This document shows, piece by piece, positions 30,802 to 41,032 of a DNA stretch of 64,000 bases. The notes under the pieces were generated by a model that was not told the DNA's origin, did no database searches, and worked only from the letters and a program-made list of their open reading frames with translations. The number at the start of each line of letters is the position of its first letter. Positions within the stretch are counted from its first letter, which is position 1. Source of the DNA: Fibrobacterales bacterium (GTDB lineage Bacteria; Fibrobacterota; Fibrobacteria; Fibrobacterales; JAOPTW01); NCBI GenBank assembly GCA_051532055.1, contig JAOPTX010000007.1, positions 1-64,000 on the forward strand, given 5' to 3'. Both the position numbers and the translations under genes were made by a program.

Positions 30802-30936
30802 AAGAACCTCGACAATTTTTGAACGCGGTAAATGTAGTAATAAAAACAAGGGTCAGGAGAGGGACGCCCTAGTTTGGACAAGAGAATTTCTATTCAAACA
30901 TTTTGGCTGAAATTTAAATGATATTTTTTGAATTGA

Positions 30937-32397
30937 CTATAAATCGAGGATAAGCAAGGTTATATCATCTTTAAGAGAAAGGCCACTGGTAAACTCAAAA
31001 TGGTCCTTGAGCAATAGTTCAAGAAAGTCACTACAGTTTTTATGGGCGTACAGGTAGGTCATCTCCATGAGCCGTTCCAAGGTATACATAGCCCCAGCAC
31101 TGTTTTTCGCCTCAACAATTCCATCAGTAAACAGCACCAGTCGACTCTCTTCATCGAGCTCAATCTGGTTATCAACACAATTCAAGTCTCCAAAAGCTCC
31201 AATAATCGCCTGCGTAGAAGTCAGCTTTCTAATTGCTTTATTTTTGTCCAACAAGATCACCGGATCATGACCAGAACTTGTATAAGTAAGCACTCGTGAT
31301 GACTGATCGAATATTCCGTAGAAAAGTGTCACAAAATGATCTGACTGTACCTCCTCGACAAATGCTCGATTGATTGCTTCAATGGTTTCAGCCGGCTTTG
31401 AAAATGTTCGAGATTTAGTCTTTAGGAGAACCTTAAACATCGACATTATAAGTGCAGCTGAAACTCCATGGCCCGAAACATCAGCAATAACAATTGCCAA
31501 TTTACCCGGAGCAAGCTCAAAGCAATCGTAATAATCGCCGCCAACTCGATTAGTTGACTCATAGTGAGAGGAGACGTCCAGTACCAAATCCATAGGAAAT
31601 TCCTTAGGGAGAAGCTTTTTTTGAATAGTATGTGCACTGGTTAGCTCTTTCTGGATTACTTTATTTGCCTCTTTAAGAGCTACATTCGTCAACCGAAGCT
31701 TTTCATTAGTCTCCCTGAGCTTTAGCTGACTGTTAAAAGCCTCCAATATCATGGCCGTCTGGTACATAAGGCCTGTAATCACCGAAACCTCTTCACTGGT
31801 AATCATCTCACGAGAGTCGAGCCCCAGAATCATCACCCCGAGGCATTTAAACTCTGGACAACTACAACATGCCTTACGATACTCATCCTCCGACAACTCT
31901 TTATCTTTAGCATAATTGCTAAAATCACTCCACCAATAAGGTGTTGTTGCCTGAGCACATGGACATTCTGGGTTTCCACAGGTGATAATATCACCCCGTT
32001 CATCAAAAGTCCTCGACACCAGGGGAAATGCTGCATACCGAGTAACCCCTAATTCATGCACAACATCATCTTCACCTGTTTCATCTACTATAATGTGCTG
32101 ATTACAAAAAAGCGCATCAGTATAGGCCCCCGAGAAGAAGTCAAGGCCAAACTGCAATTCAAATAGTTTTGACTCATCACAGCCTAAACTACGCACAGGT
32201 ACCAGAGTGAAAGTCTCAGCACTAATTTCAAAAAATATCTGCTGTTCAAAATGAAGCATCTCTTTGAGGCCCAAAGAGAGTGAAGTATAGAGTGATTTTA
32301 AGTCTCGAGACGACGAAATAGCCCGCCCAATATCATGGGTTACCGCAAAAGCACTCTGTTGCTGCTTTAATCGTTCCTCAAACTCTTCTAAATTCAC
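30937..32397 (-). CDS. GAF-coiled coil-PP2C (SpoIIE/RsbU-like) Ser/Thr phosphatase
   Basis: VGGDYYD, ADVSGHGVSAAL, FTDGIVE, DDITL; N-terminal GAF-like domain with Cys-rich insert. Confidence 0.92.
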   Translation of the reverse strand: MNLEEFEERLKQQQSAFAVTHDIGRAISSSRDLKSLYTSLSLGLKEMLHFEQQIFFEISAETFTLVPVRSLGCDESKLFELQFGLDFFSGAYTDALFCNQHIIVDETGEDDVVHELGVTRYAAFPLVSRTFDERGDIITCGNPECPCAQATTPYWWSDFSNYAKDKELSEDEYRKACCSCPEFKCLGVMILGLDSREMITSEEVSVITGLMYQTAMILEAFNSQLKLRETNEKLRLTNVALKEANKVIQKELTSAHTIQKKLLPKEFPMDLVLDVSSHYESTNRVGGDYYDCFELAPGKLAIVIADVSGHGVSAALIMSMFKVLLKTKSRTFSKPAETIEAINRAFVEEVQSDHFVTLFYGIFDQSSRVLTYTSSGHDPVILLDKNKAIRKLTSTQAIIGAFGDLNCVDNQIELDEESRLVLFTDGIVEAKNSAGAMYTLERLMEMTYLYAHKNCSDFLELLLKDHFEFTSGLSLKDDITLLILDL

Positions 32398-32602
32398 TCA
32401 CCATCTCCGGATCATGTCACCGTTACGTAGCTCACTGCTCAAATGTTACTATTACTCTATAATAATCTCATTTTTTTACTTTTTGAGCTACCCTTTATTG
32501 TATCCCCTTAACAATTGCAACTAATTGAGTTAAATAGGGTTGCAAGAAAAGCACTAAAATCTAACTTTAGATCCCGATTTTCACTGTATATAAAGAGATA
32601 CC

Positions 32603-33313
32603 ATGACAGAAGAAACCCAAAATCACGATAAGCTCCAGTCTTCAGTACACAAAAGTGTTGAGCACGTAAGAACTAAATTGGTTCCCGATTATGGATCAAA
32701 AATTGTTATTGCCCTAATTATTATGACTGGATTAATTATCGGCTTCATTTCAATGAAAAGTGGAGATGCACAAAAAATTAAAGCTGACCGTGAGACTCTT
32801 GGTAAAGCAATCTACTTCATAAACGCTAATGAAAATGATTCGGCAGAAGCTGCACTCCAGAATATCTTTACCAAAGCTGAAATTGCACCTACCATCGCAG
32901 CAAAGGGTGCACTCCTCTATGGAAACCTATTATTAGAAAAAGGTGACATTACTGGAGCGCAAGAAAAATTTGTTCTCGCAATTGCAAAGGCTGGCACACA
33001 GCTTATGATTAAATCAGCTGCAGAGCACGGTGTTGCAACAAGCTACATCCAACAAAAAGAGTATGCAAAAGCTATTGCAGCACTCAACGCCTACATGAAA
33101 AATTATGCACGCAAGACATCTGCACTTCCTGGAATTGAATCTCCAACAGATCTTGTTGTTGATATTCCCGATGTACTCTGGAAAATTGCACTGTGTCAAA
33201 AAGAGCTTAAAGACACGGCAGCTGCAAAAGCAGCATGTCAAAAGATCATCGACTTATACAATACAAATAGACAGTTTAGCTCAAAAGCGCAAGCACTCAT
33301 AGCTTCACTGTAA
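32603..33313 (+). CDS. Membrane-anchored TPR protein (YfgM-like)
   Basis: N-terminal TM then TPR-like repeats. Confidence 0.7.
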   Translation: MTEETQNHDKLQSSVHKSVEHVRTKLVPDYGSKIVIALIIMTGLIIGFISMKSGDAQKIKADRETLGKAIYFINANENDSAEAALQNIFTKAEIAPTIAAKGALLYGNLLLEKGDITGAQEKFVLAIAKAGTQLMIKSAAEHGVATSYIQQKEYAKAIAALNAYMKNYARKTSALPGIESPTDLVVDIPDVLWKIALCQKELKDTAAAKAACQKIIDLYNTNRQFSSKAQALIASL

Positions 33314-33336
33314 TTTACCTCTGTTCGTATATTTGT

Positions 33337-33364
33337 AAGGCTCCTCAATTGAGGAGCCTTTTTT
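33337..33364 (+). terminator. Intrinsic terminator
   Basis: aaggctcctc-aatt-gaggagcctt followed by a T run. Confidence 0.88.
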
Positions 33365-33451
33365 ATTTTCGTCCACAATCCAGATATGTAAAATTATAAG
33401 TAGTGCTTATTTGTTCACTATAGTCCCATCACAAAATACTACCTTTGAACT

Positions 33452-35419
33452 ATGCGCGAGTTCCAATTAGAATCAGAATATAGCCCTGCGGGTGACCAAC
33501 CCAAGGCAATTAAAGATTTAGTGACCAATTTCAATTCTGGTGATACTCACCAGATGTTAATGGGGGTTACTGGGTCAGGTAAAACCTATACCATGGCCAA
33601 TGTGATTCAACAACTCAAGAAAAAAACCTTGATCATGACTCACAATAAAACACTCGCAGCACAGCTCTATCAAGAATTTAAAGAATTTTTCCCCCACAAT
33701 GCTGTAGAATATTTCGTCAGCTATTATGACTACTATCAACCAGAAGCCTATGTCGTACGCAGTGATACTTTTATTGAAAAAGATGCGAGTATCAATGATG
33801 AGATTGACAAACTCCGTATGCGTACAACTACAAGCCTTCTTACCCGTGACGATGTAATCGTTATTGCATCTGTATCATGTATTTATGGTCTCGGCTCACC
33901 AAAAGAGTGGGAGAAAATGATGCTCAGTCTGAATGTGGGTATGGAGGTTGATCGCGATGACCTACTCCGGCATCTGGTAGAAATTCAATATAGTCGCGAT
34001 GATATCGAACTCAAACGCGGAACATTTAGAGTACGTGGTGACGTGGTGGAGATTCACCCTTCCTACGAAGATTTTGCCTACCGTATCGAAATGTTCGGTG
34101 ATGAGATTGAAGCAATTCATGCTATTGATATTTTAACCGGTAAAAAGCAAGATACCCTTGCTAAAGTATTAGTTGCCCCCGCAAAGCACTATGTAACTGG
34201 TGAAGGAGATATTGAGCGTATTATGCGAGACGCAAAAGCAGAAATGAAGGCTCGTGTTTCTGAACTCCGTAAAGCTGATAAACTTATTGAAGCACAGAGG
34301 CTTGAGTCCCGCGTTAACTACGATATGGAGATGCTCGAAGAGACGGGATCATTTTCTGGAATTGAAAACTACTCACGTTTAATAGAAAACCGAGCGGAAG
34401 GAACCCGCCCTTCAACACTGATTGATTTTTTTGGCGATGATTTTTTACTGATCCTTGATGAATCCCATGTAAGTATCCCTCAAATAGGCGGCATGTATGG
34501 TGGAGACCGTTCTCGGAAAAATAACCTTGTCGATTACGGCTTTCGTCTACCCAGCGCCCTTGATAACCGACCAATGAATTTTGGTGAGTTTGAAGAGAGT
34601 AATCCTTCAACCATACTTTATGTATCTGCTACTCCTGGTAAATACGAAATGGAACAAACTGGAGGGGCTGTTGTAGAACAGGTAATCCGACCTACAGGAC
34701 TTCTTGACCCTACAATAGAGCTACATCCATCTGAAAATCAAATCGATTACCTTATTGAAAATATTCAACAAGTAGTCGAGAAAGGTGAACGGGTATTAGT
34801 AACAACCCTCACCAAAAAGATGGCGGAAGACCTCACTGACTTTTTGAAAGAGGCCAAAATAAAAGTGACCTATATGCACTCTGACATCAAGACCCTTGAG
34901 CGCACTGAGATTATCGCTGGTTTGCGCAATGGAACAAATGATGTGCTCGTAGGAATCAACCTATTAAGAGAAGGCCTTGATATCCCCGAAGTTTCACTTG
35001 TCGCAATACTTGACGCTGACAAAGAAGGGTTTCTACGCAGTTACCGCTCTCTCATTCAAACAATGGGTCGAGCTGCTCGAAATGTAAATGGACGCGTAAT
35101 CCTATTTGCCGACAAAAATACTGATAGTATGAAAGTTGCTATCAATGAGACCCGGAGACGACGCACACTTCAAGAAAAACACAACTTCAAGCATGGGATC
35201 ACTCCGGTAACGGTTAAGAAAAAAATTGCTAGCACCATTAAAATAGTCGACCCCCTTGAGGATGCTACAAAAGACATTGCGACTACAGCACAAGAAGACC
35301 GTGATGCTGACTTAACTCCAGAAGAGATCGAAGCACGTATGCACGAAGCAGCCGCAAACCTCGATTTTGAAGAAGCTGCACGCCTCAGAGACCTCATAAT
35401 AGATTTAGAAAAAGAGTAA
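33452..35419 (+). CDS. uvrB: Excinuclease ABC subunit B
   Basis: [39 protein letters not shown]-terminal UVR domain. Confidence 0.99.
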   Translation: MREFQLESEYSPAGDQPKAIKDLVTNFNSGDTHQMLMGVTGSGKTYTMANVIQQLKKKTLIMTHNKTLAAQLYQEFKEFFPHNAVEYFVSYYDYYQPEAYVVRSDTFIEKDASINDEIDKLRMRTTTSLLTRDDVIVIASVSCIYGLGSPKEWEKMMLSLNVGMEVDRDDLLRHLVEIQYSRDDIELKRGTFRVRGDVVEIHPSYEDFAYRIEMFGDEIEAIHAIDILTGKKQDTLAKVLVAPAKHYVTGEGDIERIMRDAKAEMKARVSELRKADKLIEAQRLESRVNYDMEMLEETGSFSGIENYSRLIENRAEGTRPSTLIDFFGDDFLLILDESHVSIPQIGGMYGGDRSRKNNLVDYGFRLPSALDNRPMNFGEFEESNPSTILYVSATPGKYEMEQTGGAVVEQVIRPTGLLDPTIELHPSENQIDYLIENIQQVVEKGERVLVTTLTKKMAEDLTDFLKEAKIKVTYMHSDIKTLERTEIIAGLRNGTNDVLVGINLLREGLDIPEVSLVAILDADKEGFLRSYRSLIQTMGRAARNVNGRVILFADKNTDSMKVAINETRRRRTLQEKHNFKHGITPVTVKKKIASTIKIVDPLEDATKDIATTAQEDRDADLTPEEIEARMHEAAANLDFEEAARLRDLIIDLEKE

Positions 35420-35532
35420 TTCTTCTTCACACATCCCATTTTGACACATCTACATCCTTATGGGTCCCTAATTATTGTACAAATTTGAGGTTATTAGGTA
35501 CATTTAAGCCCAGAATAGCTCGAGGAATTGCA

Positions 35533-36939
35533 ATGAGAATTATAATAGTTGGCGCAGGTACTGTAGGGAAACAACTCGCAGGAAGGCTCTGTGAAGAGGG
35601 TCATGATATCATTGTTATTGATCACAACCACAACAAACTCCGCCTCCTCGAAGAGTACTACGATCTTCAGACAATTACCGGTAATGGAACGAGTGTTGAC
35701 GTACTCGAAACAGCCAACATAGCAAAATCTGATCTCGTAATCAGTGTAACCAACTCAGATGCCTCAAATGTACTTATTGGGAAACTCGCCTCCCAAATGC
35801 AACCAAAAACAAAAAACCGTGTAGCTCGAATACGCTCATCTCAATGTTTTCTTGACCCTACAATATTGACCCCCAATGATATGGGGATAAACCTTGTTAT
35901 TTTCCCCGAAGATGAAGCCGCTCGTGAAATTCACAATCTCATTTTACGTCCTTTTGCCGATCAATGTTTTCAATTCCTCGATAATAGAGTTGAAATAGCG
36001 AGTCTTACTATACAAGACAATCACAAATTGGTTAATGTCACCCCCGATCTCCTTCCTAACCTTTGTAAGCATCCATTTAAAATCGTCTGTATTGTCCGAG
36101 ACGAAACCCCCATTATTCCAGTTAACTGGCACGGGTCATTCCTCCCCGCTGATAAAATCTATATTGCAGCCGAAAATCAACATCTCACCTCTGTTGTTCA
36201 AGATCTTGGGTTCCCAGTGAAACCAATCAAAAAGATTTTTATCTATGGTGGTGATAATGTTGGCATGCAAGTAGCACGTGAATTAGAAACAACTGACATT
36301 CAAGTGAATATCATCGAATCATCAAGACAACGCACCAAAGAAATGGCTTTTCTCCTCAATAAAGCACTTGTTCTCCACGGTGAAGGAACGGATTCAAACC
36401 TATTAGAAGGTGAAGGGGTTTCTGAAGCAGAAGCATTTATTGCTGCAACTCAAGATGAAAATGCCAATTTACTCTCCTGCCTATTAGCCAAACGGCTCGG
36501 GGCCAAAAAGACCATTAGTCTTGTTGCAAAGCCAGATTTTGTACCGCTGATCTCGAACCTGAATGTCGATTCAGTGATCTCGCAACGCCTTATCACCATT
36601 AATAAAATTATGCAATTCGTTCGTCGTGGCGCCATTAAAGCAGTGGAAGAACTCATCGAAGACAAAGTCCAAGCACTACAATTCAATGTTACTGAACAGA
36701 CTCTTGTCACCAATGAAAAACTCAGTTCTTCTATATTTAAAAACGAGTTCCCATCTAATGCTATTATTGTGGGTCTTATTAGAAAAGAGAACACTGAGAA
36801 TGAGAATAACGTTGACGACGGCATTATTACAAAACGAGCTTTTATCCCTGATGGCAACACCGAGCTTAAATATGGTGATACTGTTTTACTCGTATGTGCA
36901 AATAAAACACTTCCTAAACTCGAAGAATTTTTCGCATAA
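35533..36939 (+). CDS. trkA: Trk potassium uptake regulatory subunit TrkA (tandem RCK)
   Basis: MRIIIVGAGTVG, two RCK_N/RCK_C pairs, DENANLLSCLLAKRLG. Start refined to ATG at 35533. Confidence 0.93.
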   Translation: MRIIIVGAGTVGKQLAGRLCEEGHDIIVIDHNHNKLRLLEEYYDLQTITGNGTSVDVLETANIAKSDLVISVTNSDASNVLIGKLASQMQPKTKNRVARIRSSQCFLDPTILTPNDMGINLVIFPEDEAAREIHNLILRPFADQCFQFLDNRVEIASLTIQDNHKLVNVTPDLLPNLCKHPFKIVCIVRDETPIIPVNWHGSFLPADKIYIAAENQHLTSVVQDLGFPVKPIKKIFIYGGDNVGMQVARELETTDIQVNIIESSRQRTKEMAFLLNKALVLHGEGTDSNLLEGEGVSEAEAFIAATQDENANLLSCLLAKRLGAKKTISLVAKPDFVPLISNLNVDSVISQRLITINKIMQFVRRGAIKAVEELIEDKVQALQFNVTEQTLVTNEKLSSSIFKNEFPSNAIIVGLIRKENTENENNVDDGIITKRAFIPDGNTELKYGDTVLLVCANKTLPKLEEFFA

Positions 36940-36999
36940 GTCATTCAACCATAGAAACTAAGAACTAAAACCCTAGTTTCTCAAATGTTAATTTTTTCG

Positions 37000-37027
37000 T
37001 TAAGTCCCCTTTTTTAACATCCGATAT
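37000..37027 (+). promoter_or_regulatory. Sigma28-like promoter in trkA-DUF4954 intergenic region
   Basis: TTAAG-N16-CCGATAT. Confidence 0.55.
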
Positions 37028-37035
37028 TGAAGATA

Positions 37036-37135
37036 TAGGCACCATTTGCTTTGCTAATGGAGACGCTATCATTGTATAAAGGGTTCCACGGATGGATGCA
37101 TGCTTCAAGGATGAAGGCAAGCCCTTTACCATAAA
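37036..37135 (+). ncRNA. Candidate CsrA/RsmA-binding small RNA (TwoAYGGAY-like three-way junction); boundaries approximate
   Basis: Outer stem taaagggtt/agcccttta encloses CCA-CGGA-TGG and TGCTTCA-AGGA-TGAAGGCA hairpins; extra ATGGA upstream. Confidence 0.65.
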
Positions 37136-37237
37136 TACTCTACTATTTTAAAAATTCTCTCCAGAGTTAAGAGTTCGGACTTGGGAGCAGAATCAAATTG
37201 CTATATTGCTGTGTAATAACAAACCACAGGATTTGCG

Positions 37238-39109
37238 GTGCTTGCTCAAGTAAAAAAACGGATTAAAAACTCTGAAATATTAGCGGTTTCTCAACGCATT
37301 GCCCAAAACAAGATCCCCTCATATAAATATCGCCCTCTTACTGACACTGAGATTGCCGAACTTATTCAGAATGGCAATACGTGCGATGATTGGACTCGAA
37401 TTCAGGCTGACCTACAATTCACAACTACTCAAATTCGCAACACTACCTTTTGCGGAAAGGTCTATCTCCCAAAATTCTTTGGTAATCTGATGGCACCTGG
37501 TGGAGTCTCAGTACCTGCAGGCATATTTAATTCGTCTATCAATAACAGTATTATTGAAAATTGCCACCTCTTTAATGTTTCAACACTTTCAAATACTATC
37601 GTTTCACACAGCGCCCTCCTGCGCAATGTAGGCTCTGTTATAGGCTCTGGTAAAACTCATTTTGGAGTGGGCCGCAAACTAAATATTGGTGATGAAACCG
37701 GCAACAGAACACTATTAGCGTTCCCTGAAATTGATCTTTCTATCGCAACAGCTGTTGTGATGAACAAGGAGGATATTGACTTTCAAAACGAGTATACTGA
37801 ACTCATTGAAGAATATCGAGAAAATTCTCTATCACCCTTTACCTTTATTGATCAAGAAGTAATTATTTCGAACACCACCAATATCCGAAATGCTTGGATT
37901 GGACGAAATGCCCGCATTGATGGAGCTATTCGCATTAAAAACTCTGTGATACTCAGTTCAATGGAACAGCCCAGTGCAGTCTATGATGGAGCAATCATTG
38001 AAAATGCAACACTACAATGGGGTTGTGAAGTGTGTTCATTGGCCCTTGTTGATCACTCAATACTTCTTGAAGAATCATCAGCCTCTAAGCAAGTTAAAAT
38101 AACCCACTCAGTTATTGGATCAAATACACACCCAGAATCTGGAGAAATCACCTCATCTCTCATTGGACCTTTTGTCGGCATGCACCATCAATCACTACTT
38201 ATTGCAGCGCTGTGGCCAGATGGTTGTGGCAATGTAGGCTATGGAGCTAATGTAGGGAGCAACCATACAGGGCGTCTTCCCGATCAAGAAATCTACCCAG
38301 GTCAAGGAATGTTTTTTGGCCTGAGCACTAGTATTAAATTCCCGGCAAACTACTCTAAATCACCATGGTCGCTCATAGCAACGGGAGTCACCACACTCCC
38401 TCAACGCCTTAAATTCCCCTTTTCCCTCATTACCGAAAGCCAAGGAAGCACACCACAACACCTCCTCCATCTCAACGAACTCCAGCCCGGATGGGTTTTT
38501 AGATACAATGCATTTGCCTTAGCACGAAATGAAATGAAATTTTCTAAACGAGATAAAAGTCGTCGAAATAAAGCGCCCTACACCTACATTACTAAAGAAA
38601 CTGCACAAATGGTTCTTGCGGCATGGCATCGTCTTAACACCATCGTACAAGTCAAAGAGTACTACACCGAAGAAAATATTGAAGGACTCGGAAAAAATTA
38701 CCTCACTGAATCTAAAAGGCAACAAGCGCTTATCGCCTATGCAGATTACCTCGAGATGTACGCCCTTCGACGAATCATTTCTAAACTTGAAACTAAAGAA
38801 GAGCTACTCGCTTCAGAAAAACCAACGGTAAAAAAACTATTCAATAACGACATCATGAGAGACATTGCACGCATTGTCACTTTTCCAGCCTCTACCATCC
38901 AACTCCTCAAGCGCTATCGCAAAGTCGAAAGAGCATGGACAGACGCTATAAGAGAATCAATTCAAAAAGACTTTGATCGTGGGGTTAAGGTTTTCGATGA
39001 CTACACCGACATTCACTCACCCGATGAACCTTCTCTACAATTTATTCAAGATACTTTTGATAACAATAGGAAAAGGGCAAATAACTTAATTGCCCTTGCT
39101 AAAAATTAA
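37238..39109 (+). CDS. DUF4954-family left-handed beta-helix protein
   Basis: YRPLT..EI..L..NGNTCDDW, hexapeptide-like repeats, GPFVGMHHQSLLIA, GSNHTGRLPDQE. Confidence 0.8.
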   Translation: MLAQVKKRIKNSEILAVSQRIAQNKIPSYKYRPLTDTEIAELIQNGNTCDDWTRIQADLQFTTTQIRNTTFCGKVYLPKFFGNLMAPGGVSVPAGIFNSSINNSIIENCHLFNVSTLSNTIVSHSALLRNVGSVIGSGKTHFGVGRKLNIGDETGNRTLLAFPEIDLSIATAVVMNKEDIDFQNEYTELIEEYRENSLSPFTFIDQEVIISNTTNIRNAWIGRNARIDGAIRIKNSVILSSMEQPSAVYDGAIIENATLQWGCEVCSLALVDHSILLEESSASKQVKITHSVIGSNTHPESGEITSSLIGPFVGMHHQSLLIAALWPDGCGNVGYGANVGSNHTGRLPDQEIYPGQGMFFGLSTSIKFPANYSKSPWSLIATGVTTLPQRLKFPFSLITESQGSTPQHLLHLNELQPGWVFRYNAFALARNEMKFSKRDKSRRNKAPYTYITKETAQMVLAAWHRLNTIVQVKEYYTEENIEGLGKNYLTESKRQQALIAYADYLEMYALRRIISKLETKEELLASEKPTVKKLFNNDIMRDIARIVTFPASTIQLLKRYRKVERAWTDAIRESIQKDFDRGVKVFDDYTDIHSPDEPSLQFIQDTFDNNRKRANNLIALAKN

Positions 39110-39113
39110 AGAA

Positions 39114-39147
39114 GTATTTCATTCGGCACTCTAGCCGAGTGAAATAC
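39114..39147. terminator. Hairpin between convergent DUF4954 and small ORF
   Basis: gtatttcattcggc-actcta-gccgagtgaaatac, 14-bp stem. Confidence 0.7.
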
Positions 39148-39157
39148 CATTTTCTAT

Positions 39158-39451
39158 CTAAATTGAATCAAGAGTATCAGATATCATAGTTCCCTGTGCA
39201 GCAACATTCATACCACTTCCGAGCATATCGAGACCCGTCAGATGATTTGCTGATTGCATCGCTCTTTGGTTTTGCTCTGCAATTTGGGTAGCCACGCTAC
39301 TAATATCATTTATAGCCGCCTCTTGAGAATAAAGCTCTTTTACTTCATTCTCATTTAACAGTGTAGATTCTGAATCTTTTTTATACGAAGTAGCCCCACT
39401 TGTTTGTGGATGCACTCCCCCTCCTGGGGTATTTGATTGTATTGGATCCAT
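39158..39451 (-). CDS. Small (~97 aa) hypothetical protein under a consensus sigma28 promoter
   Basis: GGAGG SD 8 nt before ATG (MDPIQSNTPGGG...); dedicated promoter, structured leader and downstream hairpin. Confidence 0.8.
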   Translation of the reverse strand: MDPIQSNTPGGGVHPQTSGATSYKKDSESTLLNENEVKELYSQEAAINDISSVATQIAEQNQRAMQSANHLTGLDMLGSGMNVAAQGTMISDTLDSI

Positions 39452-39452
39452 T

Positions 39453-39590
39453 TTCATTCCCTCCATAGAACGAATAGTTCATCATGAGCGTTTCCATGCT
39501 CACTCTTTTTGAAAGGGTCGAGACGTTATATCAATGAGATACATGCTCTCCAACATGCATCTCATTATTCTGTCTCGGGACTCTCTCCCC
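39453..39590 (-). promoter_or_regulatory. Structured 5' leader with three GGA-loop hairpins (putative CsrA sites), one over the SD
   Basis: 15-bp hairpin with GGAG loop (39533-39566); TGAGC-ATGGAAAC-GCTCA (39485-39502); TTCGTTC-TATGGAGG-GAATGAA (39453-39474). Confidence 0.7.
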
Positions 39591-39598
39591 TAGTATTA

Positions 39599-39626
39599 AT
39601 ATCGGCAGGATATCAAAAACCTTTAG
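39599..39626 (-). promoter_or_regulatory. Consensus sigma28 (FliA/SigD) promoter
   Basis: Minus strand CTAAA-GGTTTTTGATATCCT(15)-GCCGATAT. Confidence 0.88.
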
Positions 39627-39721
39627 GCCTTTTTATCATTTACCATATTTTCATTTGGATATAGGCCAAATTCATTAATTTTAGGCAATTTTTCTATATT
39701 GTTCTATAAAAAGCTGGCTCC

Positions 39722-40972
39722 ATGACATCACAGACTCTACTCATTATCTTTATTTCTCTTTTCGCACTCAACACATTTATCACCTTATTTCTGGAAAAGA
39801 TCAATACCAATAATTTAAAAAAATTCCCTTTAGCGCCCGGCCAATTTTCCACATCAATTACTGAGAACGAATATTTAAAAAGTCAGAAGTATACAAAAAA
39901 CAAATCTCAATTCTCCATTGTTTCTTCACTTTATTCTGCAATTATAACCCTCATAATCCTTTTTTCTGGACTCCTTCCCTGGATAGATCAAACAGTACTT
40001 AAAATATTTTCAGTCCAATCGAATCCACTCAGCCACTCAGTGCTCGTACTTCTCTTCCTTTCATTTATTGCCAGTATTCCTCACATACCCTTTAAACTCT
40101 ATAGCACATTCAAACTCGAAGCCAAATATGGCTTTAACAAACAAACCATCAAAGAGTTTGTCATAGATGAAGCCAAAGCACTCCTTCTCTCTCTGATTAT
40201 TGGAGTTCCCTTTCTCTTTGCTGTTTTCTGGTTTTTTGAGGCTACTGGACCACTCTGGTGGCTTTGGCTCTTTAGCTTTATCGCCCTCTTTCAAATCATA
40301 ATGATGGTAGTTTACCCCATATGGATTGCCCCACTGTTTAATTCGTTCACCCCTCTTGACGAAGGAGAACTCAAAGACAGACTCAACGACCTCGCGCAAA
40401 AAGCCTCATTCACCACCCAAGGCATTTTTGTCATGGATGGCTCAAAGCGGTCAGGTCACTCTAATGCTTATTTTACAGGGTTCGGCTCATTTAGAAGAGT
40501 CGTCCTCTATGACACCTTAATTGAGCAACTCACAACAGATGAACTTGTTTCAGTCCTTGCACACGAGATCGGCCACTACAAAAAGAATCACATCTATAAA
40601 ATGTTAACCCGAGCATTACTTTTTATGGGTTTTGGCCTCTATATCCTCTCACATGTTATCAGCTGGGAACCACTATACACTAGTTTTAATGTAACCCCAA
40701 GTCATCACATGGGGCTCTTCTTATTTATGACTATACTCTCTCCACTCCTGTTTTTCATAACCCCATTAACGAACCTCTTCTCTCGTAAATATGAATATGA
40801 AGCGGATGCATATGCCGTGGCAATTACTCATACCAAAGAACCAATGCAACAAGCACTCATCAACCTCAGCAAAAAGAACCTGAGTAATCTGACGCCCCAC
40901 CCCTTATACAGCGGCTTTTATTATTCTCATCCCACAACACTGGAACGAATAGATGCGATTGAAGAGTTGTAA
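39722..40972 (+). CDS. M48 family (Ste24/CAAX-protease-like) membrane zinc protease
   Basis: DGSKRSGHSNAYFTGFG, LAHEIGH, EYEADAYA, YSHP...ERI. Confidence 0.95.
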   Translation: MTSQTLLIIFISLFALNTFITLFLEKINTNNLKKFPLAPGQFSTSITENEYLKSQKYTKNKSQFSIVSSLYSAIITLIILFSGLLPWIDQTVLKIFSVQSNPLSHSVLVLLFLSFIASIPHIPFKLYSTFKLEAKYGFNKQTIKEFVIDEAKALLLSLIIGVPFLFAVFWFFEATGPLWWLWLFSFIALFQIIMMVVYPIWIAPLFNSFTPLDEGELKDRLNDLAQKASFTTQGIFVMDGSKRSGHSNAYFTGFGSFRRVVLYDTLIEQLTTDELVSVLAHEIGHYKKNHIYKMLTRALLFMGFGLYILSHVISWEPLYTSFNVTPSHHMGLFLFMTILSPLLFFITPLTNLFSRKYEYEADAYAVAITHTKEPMQQALINLSKKNLSNLTPHPLYSGFYYSHPTTLERIDAIEEL

Positions 40973-41032
40973 TCCCTGAATAACTAAAAATTTGTATTTT
41001 ATATCACAATCTTTAACTATGGTCTCAGTGTA

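Noticed and set aside
37057..37134. 25-aa ORF (METLSLYKGFHGWMHASRMKASPLP) across the candidate sRNA
   Set aside because: No SD; the sequence is better explained by RNA structure, though a peptide cannot be excluded.
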